A DNA stretch of 64,000 bases from Octopus sinensis. Taxonomy: Eukaryota. Of this stretch, positions 23,834 to 36,489 are shown piece after piece. The stretch spans positions 6,944,001 to 7,008,000 of the forward strand of contig NC_043011.1 of NCBI RefSeq assembly GCF_006345805.1, written 5' to 3'. The notes beneath the pieces are model-generated. The model ran no database searches. It saw nothing but the letters and a program-made list of their open reading frames with translations, and was not told the origin of the DNA. Position 1 is the stretch's first letter. Each line of letters starts with the position of its first letter. Both the position numbers and the translations under genes were made by a program.

Positions 23834-24226
23834 GCATGACTGTTGTTAAGAAGTTTGCTTCCAAGAAATGCTTTCAGATACAGTGCCACTACTGGGCCCT
23901 TTTGGCATCTTCTCCTATAGTTCCAGGCTGGCCATAGTTTCATAGGTCTGTTAGGTTGACAAAAACTGAGAAAGCGAGACCTGTTGTACATGCACGTCTG
24001 TCATTTGTGTCACCTTCTTTTGACTTTGTGCAGCAGTTGTAAGCGAGCGTCACTGTCGTGCACACGGTGTCCTTCGTTGCTAGTCATCAGTGGAAACTTG
24101 CCCAGCTGAGAGCAAATATCACGAGGAAACGGAGTTTGGCAATGCAAAGGGCATCTGGCTGTATAAAATCTGCCTCAATGAATTCCATCTAACCCATTCA
24201 AGCATGGAAAAGTAGATGTTAAAACT
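23834..24226 (+). mobile_element. SINE type E (degraded)
   Basis: A-like head, CACTGTCGTGCACACGGTGTCCTT domain, RTE tail GCATGGAAAAGTAGATGTTAAAAC. Confidence 0.65.
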
Positions 24227-24932
24227 AAGTCAATGAATTACAGACTATTTTAGTACATTTCAGTATATTTCCGTGCATTGCTGTATTTTTCTTTTTCAAT
24301 TTTTTTTTTTTTGGTAATATTAGTCTGGGGAGGAACATACAATACTTGAAACCTTTGCAGGGCCTCCCACACAGGTGAGGTTGGTACAGGTAACACTACA
24401 CCTGAACATCTGCAGGCCTGTGTCTGCTGCAGGAAAGAAAATAAAACTACAGTGCAATTGTGTGCAACAAGAATAACTAACCTGAATGCTTGTAACAAAG
24501 TGAACTTGCTAAAAGTACTCAAGAACCAGGTGCTGGGGCAGGGTACTGAAATGGAACATGCTGCCCTCCTGTCCATCGTAATAATGACCGGTGCATTATA
24601 CTGGACCATGTCAGCCTGCCCTCACATCATACAGGCAATAAATCTGGTTTAAAGTTAACATTTCATACCTCAGGGTTAATTAGAGTAAATACCTGTAACA
24701 TTGATGAGGTTAAGTAAATTAATTACACATCGAAACTTTTACAGAAATGATAAATAAATGAGGCGCAGTTTGTCCGTCAGAATTAATCGGTTATGGAAAC
24801 TTGCGTATGTCTGTGCACATTGTGCTTTCACGTACATGTGTGCACACATGTCGTGCAAACAGGAATGCATTTACTCATATTTATTAATAGAATATTATCA
24901 CTCACATTCAACAGAAGGTTGAATATATAATT

Positions 24933-24985
<53 letters not shown>

Positions 24986-25065
24986 TTTTATGCTATGCTA
25001 TGTTATGATACAAAACAATTTTATATTAAACTGAAAGATTACTCAATACTATATTGGGGAGTGCA

Positions 25066-25162
25066 TATTCTTAAACATGAGTAGTGTTGACAGTGACTTC
25101 GAAGTAGGCCAAGTAGACCGAAACTTTAGAGTCACTGTCAACACTAGTCTTGTTTAAGAATA
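25066..25162. repeat. Fold-back with 33-bp arms (2 mismatches) built from the H2 element 3' end
   Basis: TATTCTTAAACATGAGTAGTGTTGACAGTGACT (25066-25098) pairs with AGTCACTGTCAACACTAGTCTTGTTTAAGAATA (25130-25162); the loop contains CCGAAAC. Confidence 0.85.
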
Positions 25163-25499
25163 ATATGTCTTACATTAAATTCAATCAGTTGTAGCTTATC
25201 AACCAACATCTTTAGTATCAGTTTTAAAAGCTCGCAGTTCTATATTCGATTTTAACGATAATAAAAACGATGCATTCACTATCATATTTTATACGCATTA
25301 TATTTTATTTATTATTACGCACTTGCTATTGTTTTTTTTTCATTTTTGTTTACTAGTTTATTTGTCATTGTTTATCATTAATGACCACATAATTTCATAG
25401 AGATAGTAGTAATAGTAGTAATAATAGCACAGGTGGTAGTGGTGGTATCATCACCAATAAATAATGATAATGATTATTGTTATGATGATGATGATAATA

Positions 25500-25705
25500 G
25501 TGCAAGATCACAAATTTAGAAGGGAGCAGGGTGGAGTTGTCTGAAATGATCTCTATTTTATAACTGGTGTTTATTTTATCGGTCCCCACCACCTGGAGAG
25601 AGATAAAAAAAAAATGTTGACTCTGGTGAGATTTGAACCCGGGATGTGAAGGCCTGTAGGTGAATACTTGCATTTAGCCTGCTACTCTACCGTTTCTGCC
25701 AACTG
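25500..25705 (-). mobile_element. SINE type B (degraded)
   Basis: Reverse-complement head GTTGGCAGAAACGGTAG..., box B GGGTTCAAATC, degraded core. Confidence 0.65.
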
Positions 25706-25719
25706 ATAGTATTAGCACT

Positions 25720-26150
25720 GCTCAAGTAGTGAGGGTGATGATTCATCATCCAGCATGACTCATCCCAAACCGCTGCTGCCATCATCATCGTCACCAGGAG
25801 CAGCAGCAGCAGCAGAAGAAACAGCAGTAGAGAGACAACAGCAGTAAGCAAAGTCTTCATCATCTTGTAAACAAGCCCAGTAGCAGGCAAATTGCAGTGA
25901 TATATACCAGTAGCTATAACAAAACCAGCAGCACCACCACCACCACCATCACATTTGTGTTGTAGTTGTGGTTCTTGTTGTTGTTGTTACCTGTCAGTAA
26001 GAGCAGGAAGGGATGTGGTGTAGTTGTTGCTGCCGTTGTTGGCGGCAGAGGTGGCGGTAACAGTGACAAGGCGGCGGCGGTGGTGATGCTGGTGTTTGCG
26101 ATGTTTTATGTGTTGTGTAAAGTCGACACAGACCCAAACAATAACAACTC
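25720..26150. repeat. GC-richer mixed trinucleotide low-complexity island (CAG/CAC/GTT/GCG)
   Basis: Directly visible; all six frames are interrupted by stops. Confidence 0.7.
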
Positions 26151-27946
26151 ATGATGCTGGGCTTTTTTCCCCTTTTTTTGTTCCCTTTTAACCAACAACA
26201 ACAACAAGTCTTACAAATCTGACTCTACTAATTGTGAGTTTATTTTCTATTTAATGATGTTGTTTTCGTTGTTGTTGTTTTCTAGTTGCTGTACCGCGCG
26301 TTCTGTCGTCTGAGTGTATGCGCATATGCATTTGTGTATGTGCATGTATGCATGCGTCTGCCTGTTTCCAAACATACACCAGTGTGTTTAACACCCATCA
26401 AGTTGTGTTCGATTATACAGGTGAGGTGGCGGGGCAGTTAGGTGTTTCAGGGTGTTTACATTGCTACAAATAAGGGCTGCTTCTCAGTTGGCAGCAACCC
26501 CCTTTTTTTTAAAAAAAAACAAATTGTCATCTAACCTTATGGTCCCTTGAACAATTTTTAAGTTTCCAAACCAAACAAGCCCAGGTAACATCCTGCCTTT
26601 CCAAAGTGTTTCCAATCACTTCCTAAACATTGAAATAAGTTTGCATCAAATTCGGTAAATCTATTGTAAGAATCAAATTTCTGTTGTTATTGTTGTGGTC
26701 ATCATTGTCATCATCCTAATCCACCATCACCATCATCATCATCATCGACATAATCATCGTCACATGCCTAAATGCAAATTATGTCTTGTTCTTCCTTGTC
26801 CAAAAATTAGTCTTTGTCACTTCCCATCCTTTTTTTTTTTAAACAACTCCCACAATGTAAGATTTTACTATAAAGGTACCGAACAATGTACCATTATTAC
26901 CAAAATTTGTTTGTTTTTCTTGCACTGCCAACAGAACTTTAACCATTATTTTACTTGTTTACATCAAATTCTCTGGCGCTAACTTACAACCAAATATGTT
27001 TATCACTGTTTGTTTACTTGTGACAATTTTTTTTGTTTTGTTTTGTTATTTGTCTTCAGCCTATCATTGTTTGTCCGACTCATTTTTTGGTATTTTTTCT
27101 GTAATTGAAAGCTGCTTTGGTTACAGATTATTTTCCATAGTTTTCTTTTTGTTTTTTTAAATTTTATTTTGTTTTTGTTATTATTGTTGTTATTGTTATT
27201 ATTATTATTATTATTATTATATCTGCTGTTGGAGACATTTTGTCCAGTAATTTTTAGAAAATGAGGTAATGTGAATAATATTATGCTAAGTTCCCATGTG
27301 TGTGTGTGTGTATGTGTGTGGTAGGAGAGAGAGGTGGAGGGAAGGAGGGAGAGAAAGAGATGAAGAGAGAGAGAGGGAGAAAAAAGAGATGATTGCATTT
27401 AATCTATAAATGGATGTTTACACTTGTGCATTTTCAACAGTTTATTATTAGTAATATTATTATTATTATTATCTTTGTTTTACTGTCTGAAAAAATTTGA
27501 AAATTTTGCCGCTCATTTAACACACACACATATATATATATAAAGAGGGAAAGAGAGAGAGAGAGAGAGCAAGGTTTATTTGTTTGTGTTTGGATTTGTG
27601 TGAGACCACAGCTGATAAGTTTTCTGAATAATATCTTAGGCCAATCTTTACTCGAAGTAAGTTGTCCCTTTTAAGTTTTTTTTTTCTTTTAATAATTGTT
27701 TTTCTTGTCAGTTTAAAGATTCCTTAAAAATCTAAGATTGACTCTATGGAATTTTCTTTTAGATTGCCTTAAATAATATTTCCATATTCTTTCAACAGTA
27801 CTTCTACATAGGATTTCACTCCTAATTTAAATCGTTTACTTTTTGTCCTGATTACATTTTATTGCTTAATTAACTTATTTCATTTATTTTTGTTTTTCAA
27901 TTTTTGTATTTCCCATCAAAATAATTTTGCATTGATAGATAGATAG

Positions 27947-27992
<46 letters not shown>

Positions 27993-29898
27993 CTGTGTGT
28001 ATATGTAAAATCAATGAAGCTGTCACCTGACTAATGGGGGGTTTTTTTTTAAACTTTAACCACATTACCTATTTTATAATGTATATGTATGTATGTATTT
28101 TATTAATTATTATAATTTTCAAAATAAGATGTGTATTCTTTGAGAGGGAAAATGACCAATCTAAATTTATTTCATATAATTTCAAATTTATATAAAATGA
28201 AGAGAAATTACCTTACCTGTTTCTTTTAATTAACGGATGCCATGAAAGTTCCATGGGGACACACACACACACTCTCTTGTATGTAATGCATCTTAGCCAA
28301 ACGAAAGGTTCTGTCAAACTAGATATTTGGTAAAGTCCTGAATTGGAGCAAACTGATGTTGGTGACAATTCAAAAGAGACTTTGTAGAATATTCGTAAAG
28401 AATATGGTCCAGTTTAGTACCAGATATTTTTGCTTATATCCCAAATTTTGGTGCTTTTCATATCGAAGACGGGAAATTAAATGCTCTTGATATATCAAAA
28501 TAATGCATTTGACCAAATTCCCCACTAATCTGAGAAAGTTTGCTTTGTGCACAGTTAAAGTTATATGTATACATATATACATACATATATACGTGTGTGT
28601 GTGTGCGTGTGTGTATATATATATATACACACACATACATATATATATATACACACACACACATGCATGCATATACACATAATTTAGAAACTTCAAGAGA
28701 ACAGGAAATAATTTATTTTTAATGATTGAACTCAGAGTAGCGCTATGAATAACAACAACATGTAAATGTTGGATTAAAAAATACCTTTTGGATTGAAAGT
28801 TGAAGGCTTTAATCATAAGTTTTATATTTTACATAGTTCAAACATTATCTGATCACGAGTTCAGTATGTCGGATAGAGTGGAGAGGGAGAGAGAAAGAGA
28901 GAGAGTTTTATTATATCATATAAAAGTTGGGGAGTCAACTCTGAGTTTTGCCTCAGGTGGGCTGTTTGTGACGGTTGAAAATGGCCTGCCTTGGGGCAGA
29001 ACTTGGAGTAAACTTATAAGCTTTTGATATCATAAACACACACACACACCACACACACATACACATAGGAATAAAACATTTCTGGTAGTGTACAGAATAG
29101 TATATTGGTAATAAATTTGACTAACCTTATTATTACCAATATATATATATATTATATACATAAGCCCACATTTGCATCCAGTGGTGGTCATTTGAAATGA
29201 CAATGTATTCAGTAATGGTAGGGCTGCAGTATGTCCAAAGTTGAGTTTGTTTTGATTCCTTTGCTGCAGAGAGAAAATTATGCGCATCTATTATGTTAAT
29301 TACATGCATTTATTATGTTCATTTCTTCTGGATCTAAGTATGATGAAATGACATCATTTTCTTCAAACAATAAAACAAACGGAAAGTTTGATTTTCATCG
29401 AAGGATAATTAACTTTGTTTCATTTTAACAAGAATTTTCTGGTTAGTTTGTTGGGCATAGACTGTTGGTGGTCAGTGTCTTCAACATTGTACACCAAACT
29501 CTGGAACTGGAATATTTTTGAAGCATTTGACTTGGTTTGGGCCTTACATTTGTGGCTCCAACCATAAAGAACTCTCTCGTTTAGCTTGCTTTCAAAACTT
29601 TTCCAAACCTACGTTGCACAAAGTAATTCCAGGTGAAAGTAGGTAACTATTTTAAAACAATATTAAGTGTTGTTTTGTTTTTTGTAATTTCGACAAGTTT
29701 AAATCCTTAAATAGATATAGGTCTTAATTTTGATGTTAAATTTTTAAAAACTGAATCAAGACTATCTTCTTTGAATTCTTTTCTAAATTAATTGGTTGTA
29801 GGTTTTTATTTGTTTTCATGAAGTTTGTATAACTTACATTAAGTAAATTTTAATTTAACACCTGTTTTTTTTGTTTAGTAAAACAAATTAAGATTTAA

Positions 29899-30145
29899 CC
29901 TTTTTGATCCCAACCCATCTAAGATTGCTTCTGTTTCTATGATACAAACTCGCTGGTTTTAAATTGAGCTAAATTAAATATAGTTACAAAGTGATCTAAA
30001 TTAAAAACTTCCAGCAAATTTTCCTTTTTAATTTATGTTCCAAACACCAACTTAATAATGAGTTATCTCACTAAATTCCTCGTTATTTTCAAAATTAATT
30101 GAAACCAAGCTCGTATATTTCAACAGCAATATGATAACAAAAGGG
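29899..30145 (-). mobile_element. piggyBac-type MITE (degraded)
   Basis: TTAA-CCTTTTTG...AACAAAAGGG ends; internal similarity to 34521-34735 in the opposite orientation. Confidence 0.6.
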
Positions 30146-31050
30146 CTGAAGTAGCTTCAATTAAACTTTCCATCAAAATTTCATGTTAATTCATGTTCTA
30201 AGTACTGCCTTAATAGTGACAGTCATTTTGAAAAATTCTTCATTTTGGAAATTAATTGAAAGGCAGCGTATTTCAGCAGAAACTCAGTAACCAAAGATTT
30301 AAATATTAGATAAAAATTTTCGACTTTTGGTTGTATATTTTTTCTTCCACTTAAATCCATCTTTTCTTGGAAATATTTTTTCTGAAACCTGATTAATATG
30401 TTAATAAATAATTGAACTAATAAACTCTACGTTAATGATTTTCATGGCTGAATTATTAGGATTTGAAAAATTAACTTCCATAAAACATCTTGTCTGTTTC
30501 TCTAACTTAAATTTCTTTATATTTCTTGGTTTGTTTATAAAACAGACCAAGAATAATTCTTTGTTAGCTTTTAAATAATTGTTTTCCAAAATGTGATAAT
30601 GTCTATATTTGAAAAATATATATATATTGGTCAAAAAAGTCAGATTTCCAGCCCACCTATCCCTTTTCTCCTGTTTCCATTCATATAATAATTATGGAGA
30701 ACTTTTCTATAAGTTTCCTAATTACAACAGTTGATATAAACTCCTTTCTTCGTCATCTAATTTATTAATGTGTCTTTATTCTAATGTAAAATTTCACCAG
30801 AGTTAATAAAGATACAAGAGATTAATTCAGGTTTATTTGGACTTTAATTAATGAAAATCTATTAATTTGGTAGTAAGTTCGTGCTGAAACCATATTACCA
30901 TGTTCCAATTTTAGGGACCCTTTTTTGTTAAAATATTTCAGTTATTTTGAAAATAATGAAGCATTTAGTAAAATGATTTTGTCATCATTAAGCTGCTGTT
31001 CAAAACAGAAATTAAAATTTGATGGAATATTTTAATGTAGATCACTTTCA

Positions 31051-31235
31051 CCCTTTTTGTTGAAATGCACTGCTTTTGTTTCAATTAATTTTGAAAATTA
31101 CAAAGAATTTAGTAAAATAACTGGTGTTTGAAACATAAATTAACATTTTGATGAAGGATTATAATCTAAAACAAATTAAACTAGTTTGTATCAAAGAACC
31201 CAGGAGTTGCCATGGATAGGTCAGTATCAAAAAGG
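31051..31235 (+). mobile_element. piggyBac-type MITE (degraded)
   Basis: CCCTTTTTG...CAAAAAGG-TTAG ends; shares GAATTTAGTAAAATAAC with the family. Confidence 0.55.
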
Positions 31236-31450
31236 TTAGAATTTAATCTTGTAACAATACTGGTAAAGGTATTACAATATTTGATGGCATTAAAGATGCA
31301 TGGACGCATTAGATTTTAGCTGTCCATTTTCAGGAATAAAAAGTTTTTTGTTCATTAAAGCTTCTGGGGAAACTTCACATAAAATAGTTTCTTTTTGTGA
31401 GTACTTTTGAGAGAAAAGTGCATCATCAAAGATGGTACTTAAGATTCTCA

Positions 31451-31815
31451 TCTCTATATAGATAAAACTGAAGTTGTCTGTGTATGGCAGGTTTGGTAGC
31501 CTTCAACTAACACTATCTCCTCCGAGACCCTGCAGCACAAGTTGACCAAAATTGAGAGTATGATAGAAGAAGAATTGGAATCAGACCATGTTAACACCAA
31601 AAATTATTTACATTAAGAAGGTGCTCTTTTTCTATGGAAATCCCTATTTTTTACAATTTTTTTACTGCTTTGTTGCCATTTTATGGTGTATTTCAACCAG
31701 AAAAATGTTCACTTAAAGAGAATAACAACCTACATAATGCAAAATTTTTACTTTTCAAAAATTCCAATTCTAAAGGGTCGGAACAAACCCAAGCAACACC
31801 AGGCGATACTGCTAG
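31451..31815 (+). mobile_element. Non-autonomous Helitron
   Basis: A|TC start, CTAG|T end, subterminal hairpin remnant; homologous to 44390-44777. Confidence 0.75.
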
Positions 31816-32459
31816 TTTTGTATAAAGTTGAAGCTTCAAGCTAATGTAAAGTAAAACCATTCTAAAATCAAAATTAAAACTTTATAGATTCAATTTCTGT
31901 TAATTATATTATCTGTTTCTTTACAAAGAACCAGTTGCCAAATTTTAATTTGTACTTTTAAATCTTCCTTTTTACTGTATAGAAAAAAAATCTATTTTTA
32001 ACTTTAAAAACTTAATCATTTTTCATTATTAAAATTAATTACTGTCTTTCATGTTTTTTTTTTTTGTCTTTTAGCAAAATAAGAGACAAATGTATTTATA
32101 AATGCAATATAAAAGTTTCTGTATGAAAGCAAAATTTATTATCTTTTAAACAAATTATTTTATTTTATAAAAAGAAAATTATTTTCAAAGAAGTTCTTTC
32201 TTAGATAATTTTTTCTCAAATAACAAAAATAAGAAATTAAATAATTAAATTCAAAACCATGTACACTATGAAATATATTGGATTGTAGCATTTGAATTAT
32301 TATTCTATTAATTAGTGGAATACCTTAGTTTTTTAATATTCCTTACATAGAAATTCTTGTATAAACTTGAAACTATTCATCTTTTTTTCCTCTCTCTTTC
32401 TCTAATGTATGTATGTATATATATATATGTGTGTGTGTATGTATGTATGTATATAGGTG

Positions 32460-32490
<31 letters not shown>

Positions 32491-33322
32491 CTGTATGTAT
32501 AATTGAATATCCCTTTTTCACACAATTTATGTAACAGGGTAATCCCTTTTATATGTTATAAACTTTGTATCTCTGTAACCTTGCCAGCTTAATACCCCAA
32601 TTAGGGTATTGGGGTATTTAGGATATGTGTTTGTTAAATATTATTCTTGCTTTCCTATATTTCACCAGAACTTTGTCTATACACACACACAGATATATTC
32701 ATTCATACATATATGTATATGCAGATATATATATATATGCATACGGATGTGTATTTTTTTGTGTGAGTGTGTATGTATACACACACTAATTAAATTAGTA
32801 GGAACCTGTAATTATAGCCCCTAGATATTTAATGTTATCAGTTTTCCGTTTACTCAGCACTTCAGTTTGTTCAGTTTTTAGTTATTTTCAGTTGTCCAAT
32901 CCCTGAATATTTAATAGTGTCCCTGGTTGGAAATGAACTCTGAATGCTTCTTTCTATGTGTAGGCATTAGTATCCAGATCCACAAAACTATTGGCCTACC
33001 AAAATAATATGCTCAGAGAGAGAACACCTGAAGAATTATTGGTGGTCAAACCAAATGGAAGTGGTGTGAATCAAAATATGTTGATTAGTTGACGAGGAAA
33101 AAAAACTTTAATTAACCTAATTACTTTTTTATAAGTTTAGAGAAATAAATGACAACTTAAATATTTGATCAATTCAGGAAATAGACATTGTTGGTAAAAG
33201 TGAAAAATTTTTTTGCAGCTTTATATATATGATGATGATGATAATTATATATATAATGTGTGTGTGTGTATAGACATACACACACACACACACACACAGA
33301 CATATATGTGTGTTTGTGTTAT

Positions 33323-33369
33323 CAGTGTGATGAAATCTAGCAGGCTCAAACTGCAAAGTCACTGTCAAC
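33323..33369 (+). ncRNA. Degenerate type I hammerhead ribozyme, family H2
   Basis: CAGT-gTGATGA-...-cAAAC-TGCAAA-GTC-ACTG; stem I CAGT/ACTG intact; core substitutions C3 to G and G12 to C. Confidence 0.5.
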
Positions 33370-33826
33370 CTTTTTATGTAAAAGTTTAATGAATATGTAC
33401 TCTGTTAAAAAATATTGAGTAATTCTTCAGTTTAATGTCAAACTTTTTTATTATAACATCACATAAAAGCAAACACACACACACACAGATTTTATATTTA
33501 TATATGATATGTTATGTCTTTTCCATTGCCAATGAACATATTAGTCAGGCCCCATCAAAGAATTTCTCTGTTTCTAAAGTGTTATGGACAAGTAATCCCA
33601 ATTTAGCCCCTTCCTTGGAGACTATTTACAGAGAAATCTCATTATTATTAAGGGGGAAATAAAATTAAATGTTGTGATTTTATTAGGTACTGAAACCAAG
33701 CGACAGACTTTGTTTACTAAGACTTTACATTGGAGAATAAGTATAAAAACACAACGTGCAAACACTTGTCACTTGTTTGAATTATAGAACTGGATTTATA
33801 GACTGTAGCTCTAAATCCTCTTGTTT

Positions 33827-33871
<45 letters not shown>

Positions 33872-33976
33872 GTCAATAATAAAAGAGTAAAATTAATTAA
33901 TTATTAATTATCAATTTTACCAAGTAGTGTTCAGTATGTAAAAAGACCATTTACGGTATATTAAAATTATATAACG

Positions 33977-34024
<48 letters not shown>

Positions 34025-34520
34025 CAATAATAATAGTTTCAATTTTTTGGTACAAGTCCAGTGATATCGGGAGATGGGTCAAGTCGATTACATTGACCTC
34101 AGTGTTCAACTAGTACTTACTTTATCGATCTCCCCACCATCACCACAAAAAAATAGAGATAAAACAGTAAGGTTAACCTTGGCAGAATTTGAACTCAGAA
34201 CTTAAAGATGAGCATAATGTCATCAAACATTTTCCAGCTTGCCACCTTATCTAACGATAATGGTAATAATACTGACAACAACAATAATAATAGCAACAGA
34301 GTTAAAAAGTAAACTTCGCATGATGTTAGGTCTCTGTTCATTTAAAAATCTTTCTGTTTGGGTTGGTTGTCTTCATCTTTTTGTGACCATATTTCTCTTG
34401 AAACACACAGCCCTTGTTTCAATTAATTTAGTAAAACAACTATTATTGTTATTAAGATGGTGTTTGAAACCTAAATTAACATGGAATTCTGATGGATTGA
34501 TTTAATTAAAACCACTTTAA

Positions 34521-34735
34521 CCCTTTTGTTACTGTATTTCTGCTGAGATGTTCTGTGTTTCTTTCAGTTAATTTTAAATATAACAAAGAATTTAGTAAAA
34601 TAACTTAGTTATCATTCAGCTAGTGTTAGGAACATAAATTGTGACTAAGGTTTGGTGGAAGATTTTAATTCAAAACTTATGAAAACAAGACATTTGTACT
34701 CAGAGCCAGTTTCAGCCAGGTTGGTAACAAAAGGG
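34521..34735 (+). mobile_element. piggyBac-type MITE with intact TIRs and TTAA TSD
   Basis: TTAA|CCCTTTTGTTAC ... GTAACAAAAGGG|TTAA. Confidence 0.85.
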
Positions 34736-36442
34736 TTAAAGCAGCTGGTTTGAATCATAAAGTAAGGAGTGATTTCGAGCAGGTTGGTATTAAAAAATGT
34801 TGAACACATTTCTGTGGGGTTGTAGGGGACTCTGATTTCTTGTTAGATCACCTTTATAAATGAGGGAAATATATTTTTGTTATATCCTTAGGGTTTCAGT
34901 AACTACAGGGGCTAATTAAAAAAATGGTTGTGTGTAAATCTTGCAAATAACATGCTTGCTTATACTGTAGGGACTAATTAAAATTTAAGTTAATTAATCA
35001 TTTAGTCTCAGATAAGTCTTGTTCAGGGTTCCATTCATAACCTGCCTTTTTTCCCTCTCAGACACAATATATCTAGGCTTACATTATTCAATGTGTCCTT
35101 CCCCACCATTTTTTTAAAAAACAGTTTTTACAAATTTGGCTGCTATTTTAGCAGGCTGAGTAAGCTATACTTTTAAAAGAAATTAATATAAATAATTGTT
35201 ATATTACCTAAATGGGATCATTTGGTTGGTAAATGGGTGGAGATTTTGCTAGGGAGGTGAGGGTTTCTTACACAGTAGGATAAAAATTAAAAATAAAAAT
35301 TTGATTACCTAACCAGTAAAAGTATGCATTATATTTTGGGTTTAAATATATATATTTCGTTTTTGGATTTGGTTTGCAAGATTCTTTATATGAGTTCATG
35401 TGTTGAAGCATATTCTGGTTGCAAGATGCAACGAAAATTTTAGGAAAATAATTAAAAGAAATAAGTGGAAATTTTATCGGTGAGTGTGTTACATTATAAG
35501 GCACAAAAAGAAAATGACTCTCCCCAGACACAACAGTATATAAATATATAATAATATATGTATATATATATATATATATAAAACTAGCATTAGTTTTGTG
35601 TGTTGTAAACTAAACAAGTTGTTCAGCAAAAGCCTTGATACCCATGAAATAAATTCGATTTGAAAGTGAATTTAATAGCTTTGTATGTTTCTAACCCCCG
35701 CTTTTGTTTTTTTTTTTTGTTTGTTTTTCACCTATATTTCTGTTGAAATAAACAGCCTTTATTCTTATTATTTTGCTTTTTGAAACGTAAATTAACAGAA
35801 ATTTTTGATGAGGGTTTCAATTTACATCACTTTAATGACAGGAAGTTAGTATCCTAGAAACAGCAGTGGTCTCCGGTAGGCTGGTATCATAAGGCTTAAA
35901 TGGCTCTTCCAAGAGGTAGCTGCTTCAGTTTTTAATGGTCTTGAATCAAATACAACTATGAGTTTTTGTCTTTTTTTCTTCTTTTTTTCTTTTTTGTCTT
36001 TCTGATAGACTAACTTTTGTTTTAGTGTTTGTAACTATTACCTCAAGTGGTGTGTTATTACACCACCATTTCACAGTTACTTAGTGTTCTTCGATAGCAT
36101 CTCACCTGGAACAAGCATGTAAAGTGCTGAATGTGTGTGTGTGTGTGTGAGATAATAGAATTTACTTAGAATGTTTTCAACTTTACTATGTGAAAAAAGG
36201 GTGGGGAACAGATATTTAACTTTGAAAATACTTTTCTGCTTTTGATTAAAAGTTTTAAAAAATTAATTTTAATAATTTCTCTTCATCCCGCTTTCTCTAA
36301 TTGTGCGTGTATGTGTGAGTGATGTTTAGTAACTGTACCAGAGTGCACACACAATAACATGGAAAATTCTAATTCTTTTAAAGAAATAAGCAGTATTTTC
36401 ATTATTTACATTTGATAGATATTTGTCATCTTGTTTGTTGTT

Positions 36443-36489
36443 AACACAACGTTTCGGCTGATATACCCTCCAGCCTTCATCAGGTATCT
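36443..36489 (-). ncRNA. Minimal type I hammerhead ribozyme, family H1
   Basis: Reverse complement GATAC-CTGATGA-A-GGCTGG-AGGGTATA-TCAGCC-GAA-ACGT-T-GTGTT: full core, 6-bp stem II, palindromic ACGU stem III, GUU site. Confidence 0.8.
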
